Assembly (NCBI GenBank): GCA_963772725.1
Contig: CAVYYI010000004.1
Coordinates: forward strand, 32,001-96,000
DNA length: 64,000 bases
Direction of reading: 5' to 3'
DNA from: an uncultured Phycisphaerales bacterium
GTDB taxonomy: Bacteria; Planctomycetota; Phycisphaerae; Sedimentisphaerales; Anaerobacaceae
Part shown: one piece after another, positions 55,309 to 64,000 of the stretch
How positions within the stretch are numbered: position 1 is the stretch's first letter
How the letters are laid out: each line of letters starts with the position of its first letter
Notes under the pieces: generated by a model
Told to the model about the DNA's origin: nothing
Databases searched by the model: none
What the model saw: the letters and a program-made list of their open reading frames with translations, nothing else
Translations under genes and position numbers: made by a program

Positions 55309-57434
55309 AAAGAATACTTGAAGTTTTACTTGTGCTTTTATTATATGTATCATCTTTTGGTGCACAGTACTATGTAAGTTCTTCAGGGGGCAGTGATACT
55401 TATGCGGGAACAGCGACAAATGTTGCTTGGGCTACTATGGCTAAGATAAACGGCTCAACCTTTTCACCTGGAGATACAATCTCACTTAAAAAAGGCGATA
55501 CCTGGCGAGAGACGCTTACCCCTCCATCGGCGGGAACGTATGCGCTGCCAATAAGGTTTACCAGCTATGGGGCGGGCAGTAACCCTATAATAGACGCATC
55601 ATATGTCTTTGATGAATGGTTTCAGGTCGGGGCTAACGGCGATATTACCAACGACAACTTTGAGACAGGCTCTTTTAAGGCCGGAGTATGGGGAACGGGG
55701 ACGGCAAATTGTTCTGTTGTAACATGGGGTTCGGGCGGAGAACCTGCGGGAGATGGAACCGCGGGCGGTACTTACGGATTGAAGATACCAGCCACGAAGA
55801 CACTTGATATAACGCTCGGCACAAGCACTTATTCGTTTGTAAATTTTGACTTCTATGTAAGAATGCCAGCCTCTGGCGGAGGTGACCAGAAGTTAATGGC
55901 ATTTTATAATAACGATGGCACGCCCGCCCTTATCGGTACTTTAAGGCTAAGGGATATGGGTACGAGCTATAAACTGTTTTTTTACAATAACGTAACTTCG
56001 CAAAGTACAACCGCTTCGACCGCCATGGCCTTCGAAAGCTGGCATCGCCTGAGTGTCATTATGATAACAGATTTTCGGGGATTAAGCGCGAATAACTACG
56101 GTAATTTTAATGTGCTTCTCGATGGTTCTTCGGAACTTGCCTTATATTCTGCTGCCCAGGTTAATTTCGGCGCTCAAAAGAAAGTCAGCAAAGTTTCTTT
56201 TGGTTTTGCCGATACTACGTCTATTCTCTATCTGGACGCATTTCGATATACAAGAGGTAAACTTGACGTAGCCAATAGTGCAGGATTATGGACTCAATAT
56301 ACGCCAACCGCCTATGTCAACACGGCAGGGCAGCGACCTAAAATATACACTGATAATGTATGTTCGGGCTTAATGGCGGCTAATTTAGCGGCGGTGGATT
56401 CAACTGGTGACTGGTTTGCCGATAACGACGGCACATATCCGCAATACTTTATGTACGATAATCCAACGGGCAAGGTGATAAATATTCCCATTCTTGACGC
56501 GGCTATAAATATCGGGGGCGCTAAGAATTTTCTGACCTTTGACAATCTCACGCTAAAACGGTCAAGACAAAACCTTGTCGCAATGAGCGGAGGCGCGGAT
56601 GGCGCGGTAAAGAGAATCAGGTTTGAGAATATGACGATTTCCGATGCCCTTTACGCCGGATTTTCGCTTGGCTTTGACACTAAGGGCATCATCATCAAGA
56701 ATTGCACAATATCAGGTTGCTGGCACTCGGCAATATTCGCTAATCAGGCCGCGACCAATACCATGATTCCGAGAGATTTAACAATCATCAATAACACCCT
56801 GTATAATAACCATACAGAGGGTATAGCCCTCGAAAAAGTGGGCGATTGTCTTATTCAGGGTAACTTAATCTATAACACCCTGATTGACACTGTGGATGGC
56901 GGTTACGGAATAGGCATTTACGTCAATACGGGGACGGGCGTTGACATTCTCGATGGCTGCGTGAAGATACTTAATAATGTTATATACAACGCCGAGCAAT
57001 ATGGTGTTTGGGTTAGCGACGGCGATAACACTAAGTGCATCGGGCCTGTGCTTCTGTATAATAATATCATTGTGGCTGTCGCCAATAATTCTCAGGCACT
57101 TAGATATACGCTGGCCTCGGCGGCGAGTAAACTACTCGATACCGATTATAACTGCTACTGGCACGCCTACGATGCCTCAAACGTGATGATTTACTGCAAC
57201 GGCAACTATAACCGTACACAGTTTGCGACTTGGCAGTCTAACAGCGGACAGGACACGCACAGCATATGCGGTGACCCGCGTCTTTATAATACTTCTTTGT
57301 ATGATTTTAGATTGTCAACTAATAGTCCATGTCTTAATACTGGCATGCCAACATTAGGGGGAGGTTATACATCTATCGGTGCATGGCAGCGAAATCAAAA
57401 ATGGCAAATGAAATTTAATATATTTGGTAATTAG
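55305..57434 (+). CDS. Secreted right-handed parallel beta-helix (pectin-lyase-fold) protein with beta-sandwich insert
   Basis: Signal peptide; YYVSSSGGSD..G...AWATMAK..PGDTI.LKKGDTWRE; 'IINNTLYNN', 'IQGNLIYN' and 'ILNNVIYN' repeats; C-terminal DFRLSTNSPCLNTG..IGAWQ. Confidence 0.8.
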   Translation: MKRILEVLLVLLLYVSSFGAQYYVSSSGGSDTYAGTATNVAWATMAKINGSTFSPGDTISLKKGDTWRETLTPPSAGTYALPIRFTSYGAGSNPIIDASYVFDEWFQVGANGDITNDNFETGSFKAGVWGTGTANCSVVTWGSGGEPAGDGTAGGTYGLKIPATKTLDITLGTSTYSFVNFDFYVRMPASGGGDQKLMAFYNNDGTPALIGTLRLRDMGTSYKLFFYNNVTSQSTTASTAMAFESWHRLSVIMITDFRGLSANNYGNFNVLLDGSSELALYSAAQVNFGAQKKVSKVSFGFADTTSILYLDAFRYTRGKLDVANSAGLWTQYTPTAYVNTAGQRPKIYTDNVCSGLMAANLAAVDSTGDWFADNDGTYPQYFMYDNPTGKVINIPILDAAINIGGAKNFLTFDNLTLKRSRQNLVAMSGGADGAVKRIRFENMTISDALYAGFSLGFDTKGIIIKNCTISGCWHSAIFANQAATNTMIPRDLTIINNTLYNNHTEGIALEKVGDCLIQGNLIYNTLIDTVDGGYGIGIYVNTGTGVDILDGCVKILNNVIYNAEQYGVWVSDGDNTKCIGPVLLYNNIIVAVANNSQALRYTLASAASKLLDTDYNCYWHAYDASNVMIYCNGNYNRTQFATWQSNSGQDTHSICGDPRLYNTSLYDFRLSTNSPCLNTGMPTLGGGYTSIGAWQRNQKWQMKFNIFGN

Positions 57435-57445
57435 AGGGACTTAAT

Positions 57446-57793
57446 ATGATTATGTGGATTCAATTTGATGGAGATGGTTTATCGCTTGCAAATCCTTATG
57501 CCAGATTGATTCAGAGATCAACAGGCAAGATTTTTAAACCATCAGATAAGACACTCGGCGCTGCTACTACATGGGCAGATTCAGTTATAACACTAACATT
57601 CAGTGCTTTGTTAGGCGGTACTCCTGTAATCTTATCACAAGAACAACTTAATTCTTTAACGGCGGATGATTACTACATCCTGATTTATGACAATGCCGTT
57701 CCTGCTGATACCGACAAAGTTAAGATTGGCGGAGAGTTTACATGGTCAGGCAATAACGTGGTTTATAATTCACCATCTCGAATTAAATTCTAA
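57446..57793 (+). CDS. Hypothetical phage protein
   Basis: 115-aa ORF with SD, in operon. Confidence 0.6.
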   Translation: MIMWIQFDGDGLSLANPYARLIQRSTGKIFKPSDKTLGAATTWADSVITLTFSALLGGTPVILSQEQLNSLTADDYYILIYDNAVPADTDKVKIGGEFTWSGNNVVYNSPSRIKF

Positions 57794-57802
57794 TAGGTTA
57801 AA

Positions 57803-59827
57803 ATGAATAAACTCCTGCAAGGTGAAGAACTTAATAAGTATCTCGACGAGATAGAGGCCTCAGGCATGGCCGTCACTAAGAAGTGGCATTCGATCTGGCG
57901 TACTGCCGTTATGTATGTTTGGAACGAGCAGCTTGGCGATATCAAGAAAAATCCCGACTGGGATTATATCGTTGTAAACTACATCTATCCATTGATGATG
58001 CAGGGAGTGGCTAAGCTATCAAAGAATAATCCAAAGATACTTGGCAGGCCATGGAAGGATGAGGACGCCGAGTATGCAGAGAAATGGCAGGGCGTTATCC
58101 AGTATGTCTGGGAGCAGCTCCTCAATATGCGGGAAGATGTTATTTACGCCTTGCTTGATTCAGCGGTATTCGGTTATGCCGTAGGGAAGGTTTACTGGCA
58201 GAACAAAGTGAACTGGGATGAGCAAAATAAGAAATGGACTGGCGATATAAGACATCGCTTAATTCATCCGGCAAATTTCTGGGTTGATCCGACCGCCTCC
58301 AGAATTAAAGACGCACGCAATCTTGGTACAATGCGCAAGGTTCGTCTTGACTGGGCCATAAGTCAATGGCCGGAGTTCGAGGAGGAGCTTAGGGAAGAGT
58401 CTAAATCATCAAGCGATTATGATGATATGGAGTATAGCGACGGCTTTGACGCATTATATGACGTCACACCTGTTTATGAGAACCAGCAGGCAAGTTCATT
58501 AAAGCGTTATTTCTCGAAGCTTGTCTCTGTCATTATGAACAGAGATTCGGCCCCGGCCAATGATAACAGCAAGGAAATAGAGTACGTATGGTTGAGGGAG
58601 ACGTATTTTAAAGACGATTACGAAAAGCATGTTAAGGTAGAGGATTATATACCTGAAAGTATATTACTTCAACGCGGCGATGTAATCGCCGAACCTGGTA
58701 CTGGAATTGTTAAATGGGCCAAAGACGGCAAGGAAGTATCGAAAGAAGATTATCCAAAGCAGGTTATTCAGGAGTATGATAAACCGCTATTCCCTCGAGG
58801 ACGCTACGTTCTTCGTGCCGGCAAGACAATACTCAATCCAGAACTCGAAGATCAGGTATATCCATTCAGCCATTGGCCGTTTACGGTTCTGGTTCATCAT
58901 ATCCTGCCGCACATGTGGCAGGGTTCTAATGCCGTCGAATTCTCTAAGAGCAGTCAGGATATGCTCAACAGCACTATTGCACACTTAATCCAGCATGTAA
59001 AACTTAACGCCGATCCTCAGACTATTGTTGAGGCACAGACGCTGGCCAAGGATAAGAGAGGTAATGTCCGGGAGATTAAGGGCAAGGCTGGCGAGATAAT
59101 CATAGCCAAGAAGGGTCGAATGGGAGCAATAAAGCGCCTTGAGGCTGGCCGTATAGGCCCGGAAGTTTTTACCATTATCGACTACCTGCGTAAGGATATT
59201 GAGAGCCAGCAGTTCATGCACCCGACCGCTCAGGGAGCTACTGTCAAAGGTGACTTATCGGCAACGGAAGCGGCAAGACTTGATACCAATGCCCATGATA
59301 TGGTTGCGATGCGTTCTGTCCTGCTCGATAAATGGATCGAGGGTACTGCAATTAATATCGCTGAAATGGTTCAAAAGTATTACGACCTCGAGCGCAGACT
59401 AAGGATTATCGGCACAGACGGCGAGACTCGCAATATCATGATGGACGCCGAATTAAAACAAGTCGAATGGGATTTAGAGATTGAGCCAGGCTCAACACTG
59501 CCATTCGATGAAGAGCGACGCAAGAACGACTACGCAGCGGCTTATAAGTATCTATCCGACCCGAATATAAATCCGATGCTCGAGGACATGCTCCGCATTC
59601 TTAATATCGCTAATCGAAGCAAAATATTATCCAAACACAAACAAACACAAGTATTCCGTCAGTTCGTAATGCTCAGCCAGCAAGTACAGGGACTTATCCA
59701 GCAGGCTCAGCAAAGCGGTGGACAGATAAAACCAGAACAATTGGCCGCGGCTAAAGAGCAGGTATTACAGCAGGTACTGGCACTTATGCAGCAGGTCAAT
59801 CAGATAACCGCGAAAGGAGCGGCATGA
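57803..59827 (+). CDS. Phage portal protein (P22-like)
   Basis: 674 aa; 'IHPANFWVDP', 'SATEA..L', 'LRIIG.DG', 'DLEIEPGSTLP', Q-rich C-terminal tail; lies between terL and scaffold. Confidence 0.82.
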   Translation: MNKLLQGEELNKYLDEIEASGMAVTKKWHSIWRTAVMYVWNEQLGDIKKNPDWDYIVVNYIYPLMMQGVAKLSKNNPKILGRPWKDEDAEYAEKWQGVIQYVWEQLLNMREDVIYALLDSAVFGYAVGKVYWQNKVNWDEQNKKWTGDIRHRLIHPANFWVDPTASRIKDARNLGTMRKVRLDWAISQWPEFEEELREESKSSSDYDDMEYSDGFDALYDVTPVYENQQASSLKRYFSKLVSVIMNRDSAPANDNSKEIEYVWLRETYFKDDYEKHVKVEDYIPESILLQRGDVIAEPGTGIVKWAKDGKEVSKEDYPKQVIQEYDKPLFPRGRYVLRAGKTILNPELEDQVYPFSHWPFTVLVHHILPHMWQGSNAVEFSKSSQDMLNSTIAHLIQHVKLNADPQTIVEAQTLAKDKRGNVREIKGKAGEIIIAKKGRMGAIKRLEAGRIGPEVFTIIDYLRKDIESQQFMHPTAQGATVKGDLSATEAARLDTNAHDMVAMRSVLLDKWIEGTAINIAEMVQKYYDLERRLRIIGTDGETRNIMMDAELKQVEWDLEIEPGSTLPFDEERRKNDYAAAYKYLSDPNINPMLEDMLRILNIANRSKILSKHKQTQVFRQFVMLSQQVQGLIQQAQQSGGQIKPEQLAAAKEQVLQQVLALMQQVNQITAKGAA

Positions 59828-60000
59828 GTACAAGTAATCCAGTTGAATTAAGTGGTAAGAAATGGCGTGCTGAAGATGATGCCAGAACATTGATGAGGGC
59901 AGAGGAAGTTAAAAGCGACAAAGGCCGACTGAAGGCGGCCCTTGCAATACTCAAGGAACAGAGTGATCAGAGAGAGCAGATATTAAAAAATACCGAGTAA
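59824..60000 (+). CDS. Small hypothetical phage protein (58 aa)
   Basis: MSTSNPVELSGKKWRAEDDARTLMRAEEVKSDKGRLKAA..; aaggag SD. Confidence 0.65.
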   Translation: MSTSNPVELSGKKWRAEDDARTLMRAEEVKSDKGRLKAALAILKEQSDQREQILKNTE

Positions 60001-60127
60001 CTTAAACCGCATGTTGCGGTTTAGATATAACTTCTGACAGCTAAAGGGACATGGGCCAAACAGCCAGCCAGAAGATAGATGTAACCGGAAAGAGACAAGG
60101 GCTCAAACAAAGGAAAGGATTCTTAAG

Positions 60128-60853
60128 ATGGATGAGAAGGAACTTAGAGACAAGGCAATCAAGGAAGCGGAAAAAGCAGACGGTCAATTCGATAAAGAAC
60201 GTCAGCGGGCAGATCAGGCAGAGGCCAATTATCGCAAAACAGCGGCAGAGAAAGAGCAGATGACATCACAGGTATCGCAGCTCCAACAGCAGTTGGCAGA
60301 GCAGCAAAGGCAGTTTGCGGAATTGAACGCCCAGAGCCAGGCATCTAAATCAATCGAGATCGCACTCCCAGATATAAACCTCGAAGATGCAACGATTGAA
60401 GATGTCGCAAAAGTCGTAGCGGCTTCCAAAAAGGTTATTGCCGAACAGGCTAAGCAATTAGCCGCTCTAAATGCCAAGGCCAGCAGGTTCGAGCAGAGGA
60501 CTGCCGAAGAAGAGGCCAAGCTCCAGCGTAACAAGGTTCTTAATGATGTATGCGAGGACCTTGAAGGCGAATTTGGAGCAGGCCTACGTAACGACGCTAT
60601 TAAACTCATGGAGAAGATGAACGCCGAGCAGGGATTGCCAGCCAATCCAGCTAAGGCCGTTCTCAGGCTTCGCCAGTGTTTTAAACTGGCCAAAGAGGAT
60701 AAGGCGTCAGGCAAGGATAAAGACAAGCCTCTGATTACCGATACAGGCGGCGGCGGCGATCGTCCAGGATTTAAGAAACCGCAGATTCAAAAAGGTTCAT
60801 TAGAAGAAGTGTCCGCGCAATATGCCAAAGCGTATGGCAAAAGCAGCGGGTAA
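60128..60853 (+). CDS. Putative capsid scaffolding protein
   Basis: Charged coiled-coil directly upstream of the capsid gene. Confidence 0.65.
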   Translation: MDEKELRDKAIKEAEKADGQFDKERQRADQAEANYRKTAAEKEQMTSQVSQLQQQLAEQQRQFAELNAQSQASKSIEIALPDINLEDATIEDVAKVVAASKKVIAEQAKQLAALNAKASRFEQRTAEEEAKLQRNKVLNDVCEDLEGEFGAGLRNDAIKLMEKMNAEQGLPANPAKAVLRLRQCFKLAKEDKASGKDKDKPLITDTGGGGDRPGFKKPQIQKGSLEEVSAQYAKAYGKSSG

Positions 60854-60893
60854 AACAGTAAGTTTTTAACAACAATCAGTCAAGGAGACTAAT

Positions 60894-61946
60894 ATGTCGT
60901 TTCATCAAGACTTAGAAAACATGACCAGAGACATGCACGACGATACTCTGGAGGTTGAGTACTTAAATAAGACTCCGCTTCTCAACCTTATTATGGAGAA
61001 AAAGAACCTCAGATTCAATGGCGGCAAGTACTACTACAAGGAAGTAGATACCGACACTATTGAAGACCTTGCTCAGGATTATTCGGTCAACGATAAGCTG
61101 ACGCACGGCACAAAGGACACGACTGAACGCGTTATGTTCACTCGTAAGACATTCCAGATACCTGTCCAAATTGACCTGGATGAGGAATTGCAGAATGCTC
61201 TGGATAACGAAGACGGCACACAGCTTCATAAGCTTGCTGAATTCAAGGTTCGCAAGACCAATGAGGCCGGACGTCTCCACATGCGTAAGCTTATCTACGG
61301 AGCGGCAGGCGATACCGATAAGCAGGTTCAGGGCCTTAACTCGGCACTGCTCATCGCGGCAACCAATTACGGCACTGTCCTTCGCAGTATCATTACTGGT
61401 GGGACTAACAAGTGGTGGCAGCCCGCTGACGATCGCTACACCAGCACGACTCAGGCGACGGAGACAGCGATATCAATCGACTGGTTACAAGCCATCGTTG
61501 ACCCGCTGACTGACCTTGAGAACGATAACGGCAATCTGGTTGTGGTTGTCGGCAATACCTTGTGGCTTGCTCTCCAGAGCGAGGCTCAGGCCAGAAGTAT
61601 GCCAATCAAGTCCGACCCCAACGGCAAGTTCAAATTCGGTATTCAGGAGATGTATATCGGCAACATGCACATCGTGAAGGATCCATTCCTGCAAACCAAG
61701 TACAACACATCCATGGGCATGACTACTGGTTCAGCGGGTGACTTGGCCCGAAGGCTCTATATCCTGAACATGAAGGACTGGGATCTCATGATTCATCCGA
61801 AGCGTAACTTCCAGATGACCGAGTTCTTCGATCAGAAACAGATTGCAGGCGGCGCCGACTTCAAGATGGCTCGTTTGCTGTTTGGTGGCAATATCGTTTG
61901 CTGGCATCCGAACAGACAGTTGTACCTGTCGAACGTTGTTGCTTAA
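60894..61946 (+). CDS. Major capsid protein (HK97 fold)
   Basis: 350 aa after scaffold, strong aaggag SD; 'TPLLNLI', 'IYG.......QGL', 'YILN...L..H', C-terminal 'GNIVCWHPNRQ'. Confidence 0.8.
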   Translation: MSFHQDLENMTRDMHDDTLEVEYLNKTPLLNLIMEKKNLRFNGGKYYYKEVDTDTIEDLAQDYSVNDKLTHGTKDTTERVMFTRKTFQIPVQIDLDEELQNALDNEDGTQLHKLAEFKVRKTNEAGRLHMRKLIYGAAGDTDKQVQGLNSALLIAATNYGTVLRSIITGGTNKWWQPADDRYTSTTQATETAISIDWLQAIVDPLTDLENDNGNLVVVVGNTLWLALQSEAQARSMPIKSDPNGKFKFGIQEMYIGNMHIVKDPFLQTKYNTSMGMTTGSAGDLARRLYILNMKDWDLMIHPKRNFQMTEFFDQKQIAGGADFKMARLLFGGNIVCWHPNRQLYLSNVVA

Positions 61947-62024
61947 GTTTTTTTTGGCGTGTGATATCACTAAAATATCACTAAAAAGTATTTAAAAATC
62001 TTTTAAAAGAAAGCGAGAAATAGT

Positions 62025-62645
62025 ATGGCTGTTACAAATTTAGATGATGCCCAATTGATTCTTATCGACAGATGGCCGGGTGTTGCAAATAACATTCAGG
62101 CCCTTCCCAATATCGCCGGAACGCCTTCAGGCCTGATCGGCTGGTCAGATACCGAGGATTATCCTCTCGGCACGAAGGTCATCTTCCACGACCCGGACAA
62201 TAACGGCGATTCAACCTTCATTTACCTCAAGTACATGAAGGGTGCGGATCACGATATTGACCTTGCGGTCAAGAACGTGGTCGGAGTCTGGGACACCACC
62301 CCAGTTCTCTACGAGGTACTCAATGACGGCGGCGAGATGCTGCTTGGCGGGCCTATCGCGATATCCATCAATACGCTGGATTATGGCGTGGTATTCACTG
62401 CTGGCGGCAAGACCTACCAGTACGGCTGGTTCTGGTGCGGCGGCGTATGTCCGGCGAGCATTAAGAATGCGGCTGGAACAAAGGTACTCGATGGTAACTT
62501 CACGATAACCGACGGTTCGCCTGCTGTTGCGGGTACAGGACTGCGGGCCTATGACGTTGCCGGAGCGGCCGCTACTCTTGGCGTAACTGTCGAAACGGAT
62601 ATCGCACAGCCTTTCGGTGCATGGGCAATGAGCGCGAGCGCTTAA
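62025..62645 (+). CDS. Putative capsid decoration/cement protein
   Basis: Follows the capsid gene; 'YPLGT...FIYLK...YGWFW..G' pattern. Confidence 0.5.
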   Translation: MAVTNLDDAQLILIDRWPGVANNIQALPNIAGTPSGLIGWSDTEDYPLGTKVIFHDPDNNGDSTFIYLKYMKGADHDIDLAVKNVVGVWDTTPVLYEVLNDGGEMLLGGPIAISINTLDYGVVFTAGGKTYQYGWFWCGGVCPASIKNAAGTKVLDGNFTITDGSPAVAGTGLRAYDVAGAAATLGVTVETDIAQPFGAWAMSASA

Positions 62646-62701
62646 TAATCGCACAATTGCACAGTAATGTAAGTGCTTAATCACGAAAGGAGGCCAATAA
62701 C

Positions 62702-62965
62702 ATGGCTTTTAACACGTTAGTACAGAAGATATTGAAACTGGCAGGACTATACCTTGAGGTCGGAAGGCTTAACTTTTCGGCGGCAGGGTTAACAGTTGAA
62801 GTGCCTACGAAGATTCGCACAAATATCATCTGCGGATTTGGTGTCACCCAGGATGGCACAGGTGTATCGCAGGATGCCGAGATTACGAGCGGCTGCGTCA
62901 CCTTTGCAAGACCTTCTGGTGGAACAAGCGGAGCGTACTTTAATTACGTCCTGTTCGGCTATTAA
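62702..62965 (+). CDS. Hypothetical phage structural protein
   Basis: 87 aa, aaggagg SD, beta-rich. Confidence 0.6.
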   Translation: MAFNTLVQKILKLAGLYLEVGRLNFSAAGLTVEVPTKIRTNIICGFGVTQDGTGVSQDAEITSGCVTFARPSGGTSGAYFNYVLFGY

Positions 62966-62969
62966 CAAT

Positions 62970-63017
62970 TCTCCTCCTCCATGGAGTCGGCCTAAGTGTC
63001 GGCTCCGTGGAGGGAGA
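62970..63017 (+). terminator. Hairpin after the capsid operon
   Basis: ctccatggagtcgg ... tcggctccgtggag followed by T-rich bases. Confidence 0.5.
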
Positions 63018-63028
63018 TTTGTTTGGAG

Positions 63029-63268
63029 ATGATTATGATTCTTCCTGTCAAAGTATCTGAATTTTTAAATGATGTAAATTTGCAATCAGAGGTCGATAAG
63101 TCGAAGGCTCAACTTGTTGAGATAGATGCAAGGATAGCGGAATTACAAACCAAGATAGATAACCAGCTAAAGCAGAGAGTTATCCTTGAGGCAAATATCA
63201 ATGATGTCGAGACCCTGAAAGCAATTTCAGAGCGATTGAAACTTCGCGAAACGGAAGGGATTAAGTAA
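63029..63268 (+). CDS. Hypothetical coiled-coil phage protein
   Basis: ORF 62996-63268; start more likely at 63029 or 63035, after ggag. Confidence 0.55.
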   Translation: MIMILPVKVSEFLNDVNLQSEVDKSKAQLVEIDARIAELQTKIDNQLKQRVILEANINDVETLKAISERLKLRETEGIK

Positions 63269-63942
63269 TGGCAAAGACCTGCGCACAGCTTATCGCCAGA
63301 GTTAAACAGTTAGTGGGACGAACAGGCAATGTTGCCAGCCAGATTGATATTGATAATATCGTTCTGGACGCCCTGAACGAGGCCCAGGTATACATCGTCC
63401 GCAAGGTCCCTAACATAATGGACTTGCAGGTCAAAGACACAACGACGCTCGATGCTGCTACTGACCAATACGAGTATGACTTAGCGGGATTTACTATCCC
63501 TATCGCTCATTTAATGAACGTGTGGATTCTTGACGGCACATCATCCATCAGGCTGGATTACGAACAAAAAGACGAGTTTGACAAGCACTACCCGGACGTG
63601 GCGTCAATCGCCGCCGGCGTACCCGACATATACACAAGAAGAGGCAATAAGATCGAATTCAATTGCCCTGTATCGAGCGATTATAACGCAAAAGATATCA
63701 GGGTTGATTATTGCAAGTGGGCAACTGAATTCGCTTCTACTGTCTCAACGGCAACATCGCAATTAATAAAGGCCGATCAGGGCCTTATCCTGTTTGCATG
63801 GGGCGAGACGTTAAGAGCTATCGCAAAAGGCAATCCGTCAGTTATCGCGATAGCGAACGAAAAGAAGGCATTATTCAATGAGTGGCTGGACGATTACAGC
63901 GACTATCACGATTTAGCCACGGAAAATATAACGGAGTATTAA
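63268..63942 (+). CDS. Putative head-to-tail adaptor protein
   Basis: 'TCAQLIARV..LVG', 'ALNEAQ', 'QYEYDL' and 'GVPDIY' pattern typical of podovirus-like adaptors. Confidence 0.65.
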   Translation: MAKTCAQLIARVKQLVGRTGNVASQIDIDNIVLDALNEAQVYIVRKVPNIMDLQVKDTTTLDAATDQYEYDLAGFTIPIAHLMNVWILDGTSSIRLDYEQKDEFDKHYPDVASIAAGVPDIYTRRGNKIEFNCPVSSDYNAKDIRVDYCKWATEFASTVSTATSQLIKADQGLILFAWGETLRAIAKGNPSVIAIANEKKALFNEWLDDYSDYHDLATENITEY

Positions 63943-64000
63943 TATGGCACAAGAAGCAGGCGACGGCTTAAGTATAAATGAAGACCGCCCGGATATTGAC

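Larger units (their letters stand above)
52234..64000 (+). mobile_element. Prophage (podovirus-like head module), continues beyond the window
   Basis: att fragment followed by co-oriented terS-terL-portal-scaffold-capsid-adaptor. Confidence 0.9.

Noticed and set aside
61961..61990. atatcactaaaa tandem repeat after the capsid gene
   Set aside because: Only two short AT-rich copies, with no further support for a function

Overview
Bacterial chromosomal window, most likely from a planctomycete of the Phycisphaerae/Sedimentisphaerales type. That placement is inferred from a DUF1559-type prepilin gene, 'MCKKL..' secreted proteins with C-terminal dockerin-like domains, and a murC-murB-ddl-ftsQ block with no ftsA/ftsZ next to it. 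It has four zones. (1) 1-14.2 kb is housekeeping: TolB-like protein, ftsQ-like/ddl/murB/murC, Zn-alcohol dehydrogenase, DUF721/dciA, dnaN, a HAMP histidine kinase and queA. (2) 14.3-44.2 kb is an accessory island that starts at a tRNA-Val(GAC) 3' fragment. It holds a minus-strand glycan-utilisation-like cluster: four paralogues of a large unrecognised protein family (two with dockerin-like tails), two secreted lysozyme-fold proteins apparently lacking the catalytic Glu, two GH95, one GH16 and a prepilin-like gene. It also has an intact IS5 with a 4-bp TSD, a matching MITE, and a shared 21-bp-periodic operator-like motif. (3) 44.3-51.5 kb has anmK-murQ-SSS transporter, ettA and an MBL hydrolase. 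(4) From a tRNA-Arg(TCG) 3' fragment at 52.2 kb to the end is a podovirus-like prophage head module with a secreted beta-helix gene between terminase and portal. Many host genes, including the essential dnaN, are frameshifted, most likely by long-read indel errors, while the prophage ORFs look intact. All family assignments are from motif recognition by eye, without database searches.
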